64,000 nucleotides of DNA from an uncultured delta proteobacterium (GTDB lineage: Bacteria > Desulfobacterota > Binatia > UBA9968): contig CAVTUQ010000005.1 of the NCBI GenBank assembly GCA_963737905.1, positions 1-64,000 on the forward strand, written 5' to 3'. Position numbers and translations under genes: made by a program. Of this stretch, positions 1 to 9,432 are shown one piece after another (position 1 is the stretch's first letter; every line of letters starts with the position of its first letter). Under the pieces are notes generated by a model. It did not search any database, was not told the origin of the DNA, and worked only from the letters and a program-made list of their open reading frames with translations.

Positions 1-1
1 G

Positions 2-1111
2 ATAAAGCGCATCCATCATCAACCGTTTATGGTGCCCGGGCGTACCCAAATATTGATAGAGCGTGTGGGCAAGTACACTATGGGCCATCATGGGGTGGCC
101 ATAGTCCGTGCCCGGTCCCGCCCAGACCATGTGCGCATAGTTGGTGCCGTGATAGTAGCCGTCACTGGCGGCCGCTTTGGCTTCGTGAACGCCCGCGCGC
201 GCGTCCATGCCGCTGTCGACGCGCCAGATTGCCTCGTAAGTCGCCCAGCGTGCCATGTCCAAATTAATCGAAATATCGACGCAGTGATCTTGCACGCGTT
301 GAAAGCGCCCGATGGGCTGGCCAAAGACCACGCGGGTGCGAGTGTATTCGCAGGTGAGGTCGAAGACTTCCTGAGTGGCGCCGACTTGGTAGGCAGATAG
401 AATCGGCAACGATTTGTCCAACGCGGCTTCCAATGTTGCCCAGCTCGCCCCGCTCGAGCCGAGCAGGTTGCTGGTCGAGACCACCACGTTGTCGAAGCGG
501 ACTTCGGCAACGGAAACGAGGAAACCGATGTGCGGCGTGGCGGTGATTCCGGGGCTCTTGGCGTCCACCAGCAAGAAAACCACTTTGCCCTCTTCGGTCC
601 GCGCAGCACAAAGATAATCCGTTGCCGCTTCAGCATCGAAGACAAAGCGCTTGGCGCCGTTCATGATATAGCCGTTGGGAGTCTTGCTAAGACGCGTTTC
701 AACGGCTTCCGGTCCCCAGTAGGCGGCCTTGTCCGTAAGGGCGGGAACGACGATCATCTCGCCGTTGCACAGGCGCGGCAACAATGCGGTTTTTTGTTGT
801 TGTGTGCCGGCTTCGAAAACTATCTGCGCGCTGAGCACGCCCGAAGTGAAGAGCGGCCCCGGCACCGGTCCGTGCCCCAGCTCTTCAAAAACCACGGCGC
901 AATCCATGGTCGTGACGCCGGCGCCGCCATATTCTTCCGGCAGCATCATGCCTAGCCAGCCGAGTTCCGCGGCTTTTTTCAAAAGCTGCGGCTGGAAGGT
1001 TTGTTTGTTTTTGTACCACTGGGTCATCTGGTGCGCGGGAACTTCGGCCTTGACGAAATCCGCCGCAACTTTTTTCAACATCTCTTGGTCTTCTGTTAGT
1101 CCTAAGTCCAT
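2..1111 (-). CDS. Acyl-CoA dehydrogenase family protein, short beta-type subunit (3' end runs off window)
   Basis: Not in the ORF track. Manual translation from ATG 1111: MDLGLTEDQEMLKKVAADFVK...LGWLGMMLPEEYGGAG...RTRVVFGQPIGRFQRVQDHCVD; open to the window edge. Confidence 0.9.
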   Translation of the reverse strand, partial: MDLGLTEDQEMLKKVAADFVKAEVPAHQMTQWYKNKQTFQPQLLKKAAELGWLGMMLPEEYGGAGVTTMDCAVVFEELGHGPVPGPLFTSGVLSAQIVFEAGTQQQKTALLPRLCNGEMIVVPALTDKAAYWGPEAVETRLSKTPNGYIMNGAKRFVFDAEAATDYLCAARTEEGKVVFLLVDAKSPGITATPHIGFLVSVAEVRFDNVVVSTSNLLGSSGASWATLEAALDKSLPILSAYQVGATQEVFDLTCEYTRTRVVFGQPIGRFQRVQDHCVDISINLDMARWATYEAIWRVDSGMDARAGVHEAKAAASDGYYHGTNYAHMVWAGPGTDYGHPMMAHSVLAHTLYQYLGTPGHHKRLMMDALY

Positions 1112-1127
1112 ATCTTTCTCCTACGGC

Positions 1128-1210
1128 TTGAACTTTTTAAACTGCTTGAACGGCTGGAACGATCAGCAACCGATTGGTTCAAAATGTTCAAATCGTTCAA
1201 GTCGTTCAAT
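1128..1210. repeat. Nonamer-periodic GTTCAA/TTGAAC inverted repeat cluster
   Basis: ttgaac..ttgaac..ctggaac followed by gttcaaaat-gttcaaatc-gttcaagtc-gttcaa; a related array lies at about 19903-19943. Confidence 0.75.
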
Positions 1211-1235
1211 TTAGCTCCATCGCTTCCCGTGTCGT

Positions 1236-2450
1236 TTAATCCGTTTCCGGCGCTTTCTCTGTCGTCGGCCTGCCGAGGCCCAAGCGGCGGGCGAAAATCA
1301 AGCGGTCGGTGTCCAATGTGCCGCCGCCGTGTAGTTGCCCCGGCCCCGAGCGCACGGCGTATTCGAAATCCACCACTTCATGTACGGACAGGTCTTGCAC
1401 CAAAGCATCGGCGCCCATGATCGCCTGAAGGCGCTCGCCGTTGCGCAAGCGCATCATGCGCTGGAAGTAGCGCTGCTGCGGGCCCCCGTACGGGTGGGGC
1501 TTTTTCGCGAACCGGCGCCAGTAGATAAGCTGGTTAAAACGCCGAAGGGTGTTCAACTCCAGCGTCATGTCCGCGATGAGTTCGCGTACGTGCGGGTCTT
1601 CCATAAGCGGCTTGCCGCCGATATAGGTATTGCGGCAATAGTGGACGACACGCTCGATCAAGGGGTCTGCGGCGATTCTGCCGTCGCCGCCGTGTTCCAG
1701 CTCCATGTGGGTGCTGGCGACTTTCCAGCCGTTATTCTCGCCGCCGATCAGATATTTCGCCGGCACGCGCACGTTGTCGAAGAAGACCGCATTCTTGATG
1801 CCCATCATAAGATTCATATGCTGAATCGTGATGCCGGGCAGGTTCGCCGGGATATGCAACCAGGCGAGATTCTCATGTCGTTTGCCCTGCGGATTGGTGC
1901 AGACCAAGGTCCAAAGAAAGTCCGGCGGCAGATGATGGCCGACCATGACTTTTTGGCCGTTGACGACATAGTCGTCGCCGTTGCGGATCGCCTTGGTCTG
2001 GCAGTTGGCGATGTCGCTGCCGCCATGCGGTTCGGTCAAAACTTGCCAAACGCAGATTTCCGCCCGCGTTATCGGCGGCAAGAATTCGGCTTTCTGCTCG
2101 TCGGTTCCCCAGCGAATCAGCACCGGCGCGACGATGCGCGCGAGAGTGTAGAAGGTATGCGACAGGTTCAAGCCGTATTTGAAAAGCTCGGTTTCCAACA
2201 CCATCTGATGATCTACGGTTAGCTCGGCGCCGCCATATTTTTTTGGAAACAACGGAAAGAGCCAGCCCTTCGCGCCCAATTTCTCCGCCAGGCCGCGGCG
2301 AAATTTATATTCCTCCTCGTCCTCACGGGTCGACCAGGAAGCCGACCAGCGCAAGTGCTCGTGCCCTTTCATCTGCTCGGCCACCCAGGCGGCGACCTCT
2401 TTACGAAACTCGGCTACATGGGGAGGATCTGCCGAAACATTAAAATCCAT
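1236..2450 (-). CDS. Acyl-CoA dehydrogenase family protein (alpha-type partner)
   Basis: ACAD motifs FPKKYGG, WQVLTEPHGGSD, YVVNGQK, VFFDNVRVP, GGENNGW, HGGGT. Confidence 0.93.
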   Translation of the reverse strand: MDFNVSADPPHVAEFRKEVAAWVAEQMKGHEHLRWSASWSTREDEEEYKFRRGLAEKLGAKGWLFPLFPKKYGGAELTVDHQMVLETELFKYGLNLSHTFYTLARIVAPVLIRWGTDEQKAEFLPPITRAEICVWQVLTEPHGGSDIANCQTKAIRNGDDYVVNGQKVMVGHHLPPDFLWTLVCTNPQGKRHENLAWLHIPANLPGITIQHMNLMMGIKNAVFFDNVRVPAKYLIGGENNGWKVASTHMELEHGGDGRIAADPLIERVVHYCRNTYIGGKPLMEDPHVRELIADMTLELNTLRRFNQLIYWRRFAKKPHPYGGPQQRYFQRMMRLRNGERLQAIMGADALVQDLSVHEVVDFEYAVRSGPGQLHGGGTLDTDRLIFARRLGLGRPTTEKAPETD

Positions 2451-2477
2451 ATATTGCTCCTTTTCTTCCAGTCTGCG

Positions 2478-2531
2478 TGACTCAGACTCTAGACTCTCAG
2501 ACTCTCAACTCTAGACTCTCAACTCTCAACT
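2478..2531. repeat. Imperfect heptamer tandem repeat (ACTCTAG/ACTCTCA)
   Basis: gactcag-actctag-actctcag-actctca-actctag-actctca-actctca in the intergenic gap. Confidence 0.8.
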
Positions 2532-2536
2532 GTTTT

Positions 2537-3742
2537 TCATACTACTCCACTTGTGCGCAACTCCTCAATCGCTTCGCTACCATAACCGAGCCGCGTCAAG
2601 ATCTCTTTCGTGTGTTCTCCGAGCAGAGGCGCCGGCCGGAAAAATTGCGCCGGCGTGTCGGAGAGATTGATTGGGCTCCCGACCAAATTACTTTTGCCCA
2701 TCCGGGGATGGGTTATCTGCCTGGGAATGCCCATGTGCTTGATCTGGGGATTGTCGAAAACTTCGTGGATCGTGTTGATAGGTGCGTTGGGAATGCTGTT
2801 GGCGTCCAGCCTGAGCAACCAATATTCGCGCTGTTTTTCGCGAAACTGCGCGCGCAGTATGTCGACGATTTCGTCGTGACGGTCGCTGCGCTGTTTGCGC
2901 GTGTCAAAGCGCGGGTCGCCGATCAGATGATCGAGCTCGGCCGCTCGCAGCAGTCCCTCCCAGGCTTGGTTGTGTCCCGATAGATGAACCATGAACGGTT
3001 TCTTGTCACAATCGAGCAGGCTGTAGATTCTTCCTTTGGGAAAATTGTCGCGGGACACCGCTTCACCGCCGTTCAGGTAATCCGCTACATGGGATTCGAT
3101 AAACGCAATGCTCACTTGTAGTAGTGATACGTCGATAAATTGACCGCGCTGGGTTTTCGCGCGCGCAAGCAGTGCTGCCATGACCCCATGGGCGGCAAAA
3201 ATTCCCGCCGCGTGATCGACGAAAGAGACGCCGGCGACCTTTGGATCATCCAGGTCGGTGACCAGGCTCATCATGCCGCTCAACGCTTGGCCGATGGTAT
3301 CGAATCCCGGCTTGTCCCGGTAGGGACCGCTCTGGCCATAGCCGGAGATCGAGCAATGGATCAGTTTTGGATTGACCTTCGCGAGATCTTCATAGTCTAG
3401 GCCCAACTGGGTTCGCGTCGGGGGACGGAAGTTTTCGAGTAAAATGTCCGCCGTTGCGAGCAGCTGCAACAAGATCCCGCGCGCCTTTTTATCCCGCAAA
3501 TTGAGGGTCAGGCTTTTTTTGTTTCGGTTCAGCGCGCGAAAGCTCGGACCGTAGCCTTCGTATTTCGGGTTGCGCCCGCGGTGAGTGTCGCCGCCGTTGG
3601 GCAACTCGACTTTGATGACTTCGCAGCCCAGGTCGCCGAGTAAACTGCCCGCGTAGGGGCCGGCCACATGGCCGCTAACCTCAATGCAAACAGTTCCTTC
3701 GAGAGCTCCAGCTATCATTGAAACTCGATCTTTCTCACTCAA
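2537..3742 (-). CDS. CaiB/BaiF family III CoA transferase
   Basis: AGPYAGSLLGDLGCEVIKVE, LNRNKKSLTLNL, ENFRP, ISGYGQSGPY, PGFD, APLLGEHT. Confidence 0.95.
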   Translation of the reverse strand: MSEKDRVSMIAGALEGTVCIEVSGHVAGPYAGSLLGDLGCEVIKVELPNGGDTHRGRNPKYEGYGPSFRALNRNKKSLTLNLRDKKARGILLQLLATADILLENFRPPTRTQLGLDYEDLAKVNPKLIHCSISGYGQSGPYRDKPGFDTIGQALSGMMSLVTDLDDPKVAGVSFVDHAAGIFAAHGVMAALLARAKTQRGQFIDVSLLQVSIAFIESHVADYLNGGEAVSRDNFPKGRIYSLLDCDKKPFMVHLSGHNQAWEGLLRAAELDHLIGDPRFDTRKQRSDRHDEIVDILRAQFREKQREYWLLRLDANSIPNAPINTIHEVFDNPQIKHMGIPRQITHPRMGKSNLVGSPINLSDTPAQFFRPAPLLGEHTKEILTRLGYGSEAIEELRTSGVV

Positions 3743-3780
3743 AAATCCACTTACTCCAATCCAATATGGATATCCACGTC

Positions 3781-5901
3781 TTAGCGTATCATTATCAAGG
3801 CGTCCACGGCCAATGCTCCTTGACCCACGGGCAGCACAACCACAGGATTCAAATCCATTTCAGCGATGTCGTTGTCGAGGTCGTAAGCCAGCCAAGAGAG
3901 CCGGGCAGCCATTTCGGCCAGCGCGTCGATATCCGCTGGCGGCGCACCACGCACGCCGGAGAATACTTTTGCGCCTTTGAGAGTTTCCAAAGCACGGCGT
4001 GCTTCGGCAGCACTGATGGGTGGAATGCGAATCGCGACGTCCGCCAAGATCTCGACGAAGACACCGCCCAAGCCCACGACCAGAGTCGGTCCTAGCTGTT
4101 CGTCGCGCGAGATCCCAAGCAGGCACTCGACGCCCTTGATTTGCTTCTGAACCAGAACACCTTCGATATTCGCATTTGGCTTTTTTGCTTTTACAGCCGC
4201 AAGTATTTCATCGTAGGCTTTCTGAACGCTCTCTTTGTTCTCTAATCCGATCCGAAGCGCGCCGAATTCTGTCTTATGCGGAATATCGACGGATACGATT
4301 TTAACCACACAGGGATAACCAAGTTGCTCGGCCGCGCTTACCGCTTCGCCGACTGATTGCGCCATCGCTGCCGGCGCCAGCGCAATGCCATACGCGCCCA
4401 GCAGTTTTTCCGTGGTGCTGTACGGCAGAACGCCGCTGCCAAGGTCTCGTCGCGCGGGCGCCGAACCCGCCCGTGTAACTGAATCAAAGCGACCCACCGC
4501 ACGGTCGCGTTCGTTCTTGCGCAGCCGGCCCATGGCACGTAACGATTTGCGATAATCGCCGGTAAACGTCAGTCCCAGCTCGTTGAGCCGCGTGTACCAA
4601 ACTTCGGCCGGCGGTTCGGTGGCTCGCGTAAGCACGAATACACGCTTATCGTTGGCGAGACTCAAGTCGGAAAGCTTTTGATAAAGCTTCTCTGATGCAG
4701 GCGTGAGGGACTCTGGTAAATTCAAGCGCAGGCCCACCATATCGATTCTGGGCTCTTGAAAAAATCTCTCCAAGCACTGATCGAAGCCTTCAGGCTTTAT
4801 CCGCTGCAGATCTTCAACGTCGAGGGGATTTCCAAGCAAGGTCGGTTTATCGAGGCTCTGGATCATGACTTGCTGGGTCTCCGGACTAAGCTCCGGCACG
4901 GGCACGCCTTCTTGATCGGCGATATCGCAAAGCAAGGTGCAATCGCCGCCGGAGATCGTGATCAGACCGACGCCTCGATCATGTTTGTCCAGGCGCATCT
5001 TTGCACCGGCGAACAATGCCGTCGTGTCGATGAGATCATCAAGATCATTGACGATGATGGCGCCGTGTTGCTCGAAAAACGCGTCCCATGCGGCCACGGC
5101 GCCGGCGAGTTGACCGGTGTGGGCAATGACGTTCCGTTTCGCTCGTTCCGTACGGCCCGCGCGGAGCACTAAGACCGCCTTGCCATTGGCGACGGCGCGG
5201 TCCAACGCTGCGGCAAAACGTTGCGGTTCCTTGGGCGCTGCTTCGATATAGGTGGCGATGACGTCAATTTCCGGGCACTCGGCCTCGTAAGCGAGATAAT
5301 CGGCGGCGTTGAGGATGATCTCGTTGCCGCCGCTGGCGCAGAGATGAAAGCCTAAGCCGCGCTTAGCGCCCGCGTTTATCAACAGATTCATCATGCCGCT
5401 GCTCTGAAAGATACAGCCGATGTTTCCCGCGCGGAGATTCTTCGGCAGTTCGCCGCCCCAGATTCCCAGCTTGGCGCGGACCGAAACGAACCCCATACAA
5501 TTGGGGCCAAGAAGTTTTATCCGTGCCGTTTTGGCGGCTTCGGTCAACTGCTGCTGCAGTTGTTTTCCCGCCTCGCCGCCTTCGGCGAATCCGTCGGCAA
5601 AAATGACTCCGGCCTTGACGCCTTTTTCCCCGGCCTCTTGGACGACGGACGCTACTGCCTTGTTATTGACGGCGATCACTGCCAGGGGAATTTCACCTGG
5701 AACATCGAGAATGCTCGGATAGGCTTTCAGTCCGAAAACCTCCGGACGGCTGGGGTTGATCGGCACGATGCGAGAGAGGTCGAACCCCATGTTTTGCAGA
5801 TTCTTAAATATATTGACCGCGTAGTGATTGCGGTCGCTGGCGCCGATAATGGCAAGACGATCTGCCTCGAAGAGCGGTGATAAAGGTCTGTCCGTAGACA
5901 A
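3781..5901 (-). CDS. Acetate/acyl-CoA ligase (ADP-forming) family, fused alpha-beta
   Basis: AIIGAS CoA-binding fold, LLGPNCMG, phospho-His motif AHTG, C-terminal ATP-grasp (HKTEFG, GLGGVFVE, EMDLNP). Confidence 0.93.
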   Translation of the reverse strand: MSTDRPLSPLFEADRLAIIGASDRNHYAVNIFKNLQNMGFDLSRIVPINPSRPEVFGLKAYPSILDVPGEIPLAVIAVNNKAVASVVQEAGEKGVKAGVIFADGFAEGGEAGKQLQQQLTEAAKTARIKLLGPNCMGFVSVRAKLGIWGGELPKNLRAGNIGCIFQSSGMMNLLINAGAKRGLGFHLCASGGNEIILNAADYLAYEAECPEIDVIATYIEAAPKEPQRFAAALDRAVANGKAVLVLRAGRTERAKRNVIAHTGQLAGAVAAWDAFFEQHGAIIVNDLDDLIDTTALFAGAKMRLDKHDRGVGLITISGGDCTLLCDIADQEGVPVPELSPETQQVMIQSLDKPTLLGNPLDVEDLQRIKPEGFDQCLERFFQEPRIDMVGLRLNLPESLTPASEKLYQKLSDLSLANDKRVFVLTRATEPPAEVWYTRLNELGLTFTGDYRKSLRAMGRLRKNERDRAVGRFDSVTRAGSAPARRDLGSGVLPYSTTEKLLGAYGIALAPAAMAQSVGEAVSAAEQLGYPCVVKIVSVDIPHKTEFGALRIGLENKESVQKAYDEILAAVKAKKPNANIEGVLVQKQIKGVECLLGISRDEQLGPTLVVGLGGVFVEILADVAIRIPPISAAEARRALETLKGAKVFSGVRGAPPADIDALAEMAARLSWLAYDLDNDIAEMDLNPVVVLPVGQGALAVDALIMIR

Positions 5902-6063
5902 GGGAAGCCTCCGTGAAAAACGGGAAGTCTGATTCGAAGATCTGACTTATCCCAGTTGGAAATGGATGTCCAATGCGAGGCTGGAGCGATTATCAGGAAG
6001 CGAGCAGTGGAACTTTGGTACCGAGACGAAATGTCGAGCGGTGAACACGATTCCTTGGATTAT

Positions 6064-6236
6064 CTTGTCCCAGAAGTTGGCAAAAGAAGTCGGTGGTATC
6101 CCCACCGTCATGCCCCCGAAAGCATCCAGAAGCATTTGATTATCCTGGATTCCGGGTCGCGATACCCCGGACCGTGATCCGGGGTTGCCCAGAATGACGA
6201 TTGAATTATGATATGTAACGAACGTCTGAGACAGGG
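6064..6236. repeat. REP/MITE-like palindromic element
   Basis: CGTCAT (6106)...ATGACG (6199) arms around internal hairpins; outer imperfect IR ttgtcccagaagtt / aacgtctgagacag. Confidence 0.6.
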
Positions 6237-6259
6237 CACTAGAAGAGAAGGGTATAAAA

Positions 6260-7585
6260 TCATCGAGCTTTCTGTTTGCCACTCCTCGGAGCTTTATTGC
6301 CTCGACGAGTCGCCAGATCTACGAGTGCATCCAAATCGACGAGATGAATCGGTTTGCCTTCCGCAAAGGCGTACGCGTGAGAAGTAAACGTGCTCGTCGT
6401 GACGACGTAACCGGATTGTGCGCCGGAGCTCATAAGCGCACTGTAGAAATCCCGGACCACAGGTTCCCCCACCGGAGCACTCCAACGCTTGCATTGAACG
6501 GCGATCAATTGATTGTTCTTACGCAACAACAAGTCTATCCCGTTATCACCCGTTTCCGGCGTAATCTCGACCGTGTATCCGATCTCACGGAACAGACTCA
6601 CGGTAAACTCTTTGAAAGCTACGGCATTCATGCTGCACACGTTGCTCGCGATGTCTACCTGTGTGGAAGGGTTGCCAATGTAGCCAAATGAGACGAGCGC
6701 CTCTTTTGCAAGATCAACTGTTACGTGGTCGGTTGCATAGTCGTTTATGTAGTTGCGCAGTCTCTTGACCATTACTCTTGCGTTACCGGGGGTCCCTTCG
6801 CAGTGTTGGGCAAGCAGCGTTGCAGCCTCGGGATCGAAGGTGAGGTTTCCAATTAATTTTACTATCTCGCCAATTTCTTGCACGCTGTAGGGTGCGAAAT
6901 CAAAGCGAATCATCCAGCGACGGAGACGTTGGTCCAACTGCCAGGGCTTTGATGTCGTTCCAACTAAGGTGAACCGCTTAAGCGGAAGCCTGAGACTCCG
7001 CACCTTTGTTTCCTGGTCTGCAGGAAGTTCAAGAGTAAAATCTTCAATGGCCGCCATCAGAGCCTCTAACGCCGGTTCTTTTAGCGATTCTATTTGTTCA
7101 ATAAGGAAAAAATCTCTCTCTCCAAGTTCTGTCAGCAAGCGGGCAAGATCCGCGGGTTCTGCAGCGACCGGCCCGTAAGCTCTATTGATGTTCACCTTCA
7201 TCTCACGAGCAATCATGCAAGCCAAAGTAGCCTTTCCCATTTCAGGAGGGCCGGACAGCAAGAGATGAGGGAACGGTCTGGGATGATGGACAGCCGCTTC
7301 CATTCGAGGCAGGACGTCTTTCTTTATTTCTTCTTGTCCCACATAGTCATCAAAGCGAGGACTGGCTTTAGTGTCTTGCCAAGATGGGATACGCTCGACG
7401 GGTTCGGCAGATGGAGAATCAGAAGAAAGTTTCTCGGTTTCAGCGGGTTTATCAACATCTCGAGCCAGAGCATGAGATTTTTCAGCAGCTTCCTTGAGCT
7501 CTGCATCGGCACAAGCTTCGCAAAGCCCATTGTCTGAAAGGGAAAGAAACCATTTGGAAAGTCCGCAACGTTCACAGGTTGCCAT
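6260..7585 (-). CDS. RuvB-like AAA+ domain fused to C-terminal Mrr-type restriction endonuclease, with N-terminal Zn ribbon
   Basis: CERC..CEAC; RuvB-like FDDYVGQ, HLLLSGPPEMGKAT, FTLVGTT, GTP; Mrr-like GDNGIDL..AVQCKRW..VVRDF..VVTTSTFT. Start placed at ATG 7585 after GAGG. Confidence 0.85.
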   Translation of the reverse strand: MATCERCGLSKWFLSLSDNGLCEACADAELKEAAEKSHALARDVDKPAETEKLSSDSPSAEPVERIPSWQDTKASPRFDDYVGQEEIKKDVLPRMEAAVHHPRPFPHLLLSGPPEMGKATLACMIAREMKVNINRAYGPVAAEPADLARLLTELGERDFFLIEQIESLKEPALEALMAAIEDFTLELPADQETKVRSLRLPLKRFTLVGTTSKPWQLDQRLRRWMIRFDFAPYSVQEIGEIVKLIGNLTFDPEAATLLAQHCEGTPGNARVMVKRLRNYINDYATDHVTVDLAKEALVSFGYIGNPSTQVDIASNVCSMNAVAFKEFTVSLFREIGYTVEITPETGDNGIDLLLRKNNQLIAVQCKRWSAPVGEPVVRDFYSALMSSGAQSGYVVTTSTFTSHAYAFAEGKPIHLVDLDALVDLATRRGNKAPRSGKQKAR

Positions 7586-7659
7586 TTGCGAAACCTCTCG
7601 CCTAAATATCCTTAACCCTGAGTCCAATCTGCATGCAAGGGCTTCTACTAAATTCGGAG

Positions 7660-9027
7660 TTATTTGTGAACAAGGAGTTCGATCAGCTCCCGGACACTAC
7701 CGATCGTTTCGAGGTGTTGCACGTGATGAACCAGCTCCGTGGATTGTTTTTCAGAGATGGCACTCTTCGCATTGCTGCGAAACTTGTCCAAAACTTCCTC
7801 TTCCGTCATCGGATTGTCCGGATGGCCTTTAGCAATCCTGGCCGTGTAAGTAAATCGGCTTCCATCTTTCAACTCGACGCTTACCGGGCAATAGGGTCCC
7901 GGCTCGGGAATAGTATCATCGACAATCACTTGAACTTTGCTGATGGCATCCTGAACTTCAGGCTCGTTGGCCTTGGCGTCCGTGAAAGTGTCGATTTCTA
8001 ATTTGCCATCGAGAAAAGCGAGAGCGACGACGTAATTGATGGCGAATTTCCCGCGCAGGCCGGTTTTCACTTCAGCATGGTAGTGGCGCTGATAGCGTAA
8101 CGGTGGGATGCTGACCTTTATCTTCTCCACGTCAGCGAAGCGAATATGGTGTTCCCGTTTCAAGTGCAGCGCGGCGTCGGCGGCGAGAAATTGCGGCGCG
8201 CTGCACGGATGGAGTTTGAGGCCGAGGCCGGGAGACTCCAAAAAGTAAGGCTGGCCAAGAGCGGCCATCATCTTTTCGTAATCACAGGTTCCGGGACCGA
8301 AGAAAGTATCGCAGAATCCTCTGGGAGCTTCGATTATGGCGGCGTCGGCGGTGAACGCTTTTTCGGCCAGCAGCGCCGCTTCAACGCCGTTTCGCGCGGC
8401 GTTTGCGGCGTGAAAGGGCTTGACCATCGAGCCTTGCTGGCGGTGGATGCCGCCTGCCCCTGACGCGGCAATGCCGAGGGCTGCTTTGATCTTGTCAGGG
8501 TTGAGTCGCATAAGGCTGGCACAGGCGATGGCGGCGCCGATGCTGCCTAAGACGGGCGTACTGTGAAAGCCGCGGTCCTGCACGTTGGGCGCGTTAGCAG
8601 CTATCTTGGTGAGTATTTCGATACCCAATACATAGGCTTTTAATAGATCTTTTCCCGAGGAGCCGATGACTTCCCCCAGGCTCAACGCGGCTCCGGCCAC
8701 CATGCAGGTCGGATGACCCGCATGGATAAAGGCGTCCCAATCGTCGAAGTCGATGGCGTGACCGAGGAGTCCATTGGCGAACGCCGCCATGGGGGCAGAT
8801 GATTTCTGGCGTGTTCCCCAAATTGTCGCCTCGTCGCTATGGCCGACTCTCCTGCAATAATCAAAAGCGATGGCGGCAGTCTCCGTTGTAACTCCTACGA
8901 GTGCGGCGCCGAGGGTGTCGAGGATATGCATTTTGGCGTTGGTGAGGACTTTTTCGGAGATAGTCGCAAAATCGGTTTCAGCGACGAAGCGGGCGAGCGT
9001 GTCGGTGACGGGCGGCGATTGAGCCAT
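7660..9027 (-). CDS. MmgE/PrpD family protein
   Basis: ILDTLGAALVG, ANGLLGHAIDFDD, GHP, RGFHST, KPFHA, KLHPCS. Confidence 0.93.
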   Translation of the reverse strand: MAQSPPVTDTLARFVAETDFATISEKVLTNAKMHILDTLGAALVGVTTETAAIAFDYCRRVGHSDEATIWGTRQKSSAPMAAFANGLLGHAIDFDDWDAFIHAGHPTCMVAGAALSLGEVIGSSGKDLLKAYVLGIEILTKIAANAPNVQDRGFHSTPVLGSIGAAIACASLMRLNPDKIKAALGIAASGAGGIHRQQGSMVKPFHAANAARNGVEAALLAEKAFTADAAIIEAPRGFCDTFFGPGTCDYEKMMAALGQPYFLESPGLGLKLHPCSAPQFLAADAALHLKREHHIRFADVEKIKVSIPPLRYQRHYHAEVKTGLRGKFAINYVVALAFLDGKLEIDTFTDAKANEPEVQDAISKVQVIVDDTIPEPGPYCPVSVELKDGSRFTYTARIAKGHPDNPMTEEEVLDKFRSNAKSAISEKQSTELVHHVQHLETIGSVRELIELLVHK

Positions 9028-9180
9028 AGTTCTTCCTTAGCGTTCGAAGATTTGCTAACTCCATTATCTGAATTAGGAGTGCCTGTCTATCTGTGATAGA
9101 AAAGATGGCAGGCAAATTGGCCAAACATATTTGAAATCTATGAACCAACTCAGAACAATACAATCGGAGACACCTGTGAC

Positions 9181-9364
9181 TCGCGCAAAGCATGCCCTGA
9201 GTAACGCCGAAGGGACGCGAAGGCGCCAAGGGGGAGCGTTGTCATTTCGACCGAAGGGAGAAATCTTTCTTAGATCCCTCACATTTGTTCGGGATGACGG
9301 GCTTGGCCCATCACTTTGCGTGCTTGGCGTCCCTTCGACTTTGCTCAGGCCATGCTTGGCGAGA
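9181..9364. repeat. Nested palindromic (REP-like) composite
   Basis: Outer cgcaaag/cgccaag vs ctttgcg/cttggcg arms; inner catgccctgag..gaaggg (9191-9214) vs cccttcg..ctcaggccatg (9331-9354); central gtcat..gatgac (9241-9298). Confidence 0.75.
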
Positions 9365-9432
9365 TAAATTTTCTTAAAGTCGTTTTGTTAAACAATTCAA
9401 AGGTAAGAATCTAAGAAATTGAGGAGAAAAGC

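Noticed and set aside
5947-6282. Short ORFs over the palindromic region (also 8978-9367)
   Set aside because: They are translations of repeat DNA with no coding signal.
6260-7627. Canonical ruvB
   Set aside because: Catalytic motifs are degenerate, the winged helix is replaced, and ruvA/ruvC are absent.
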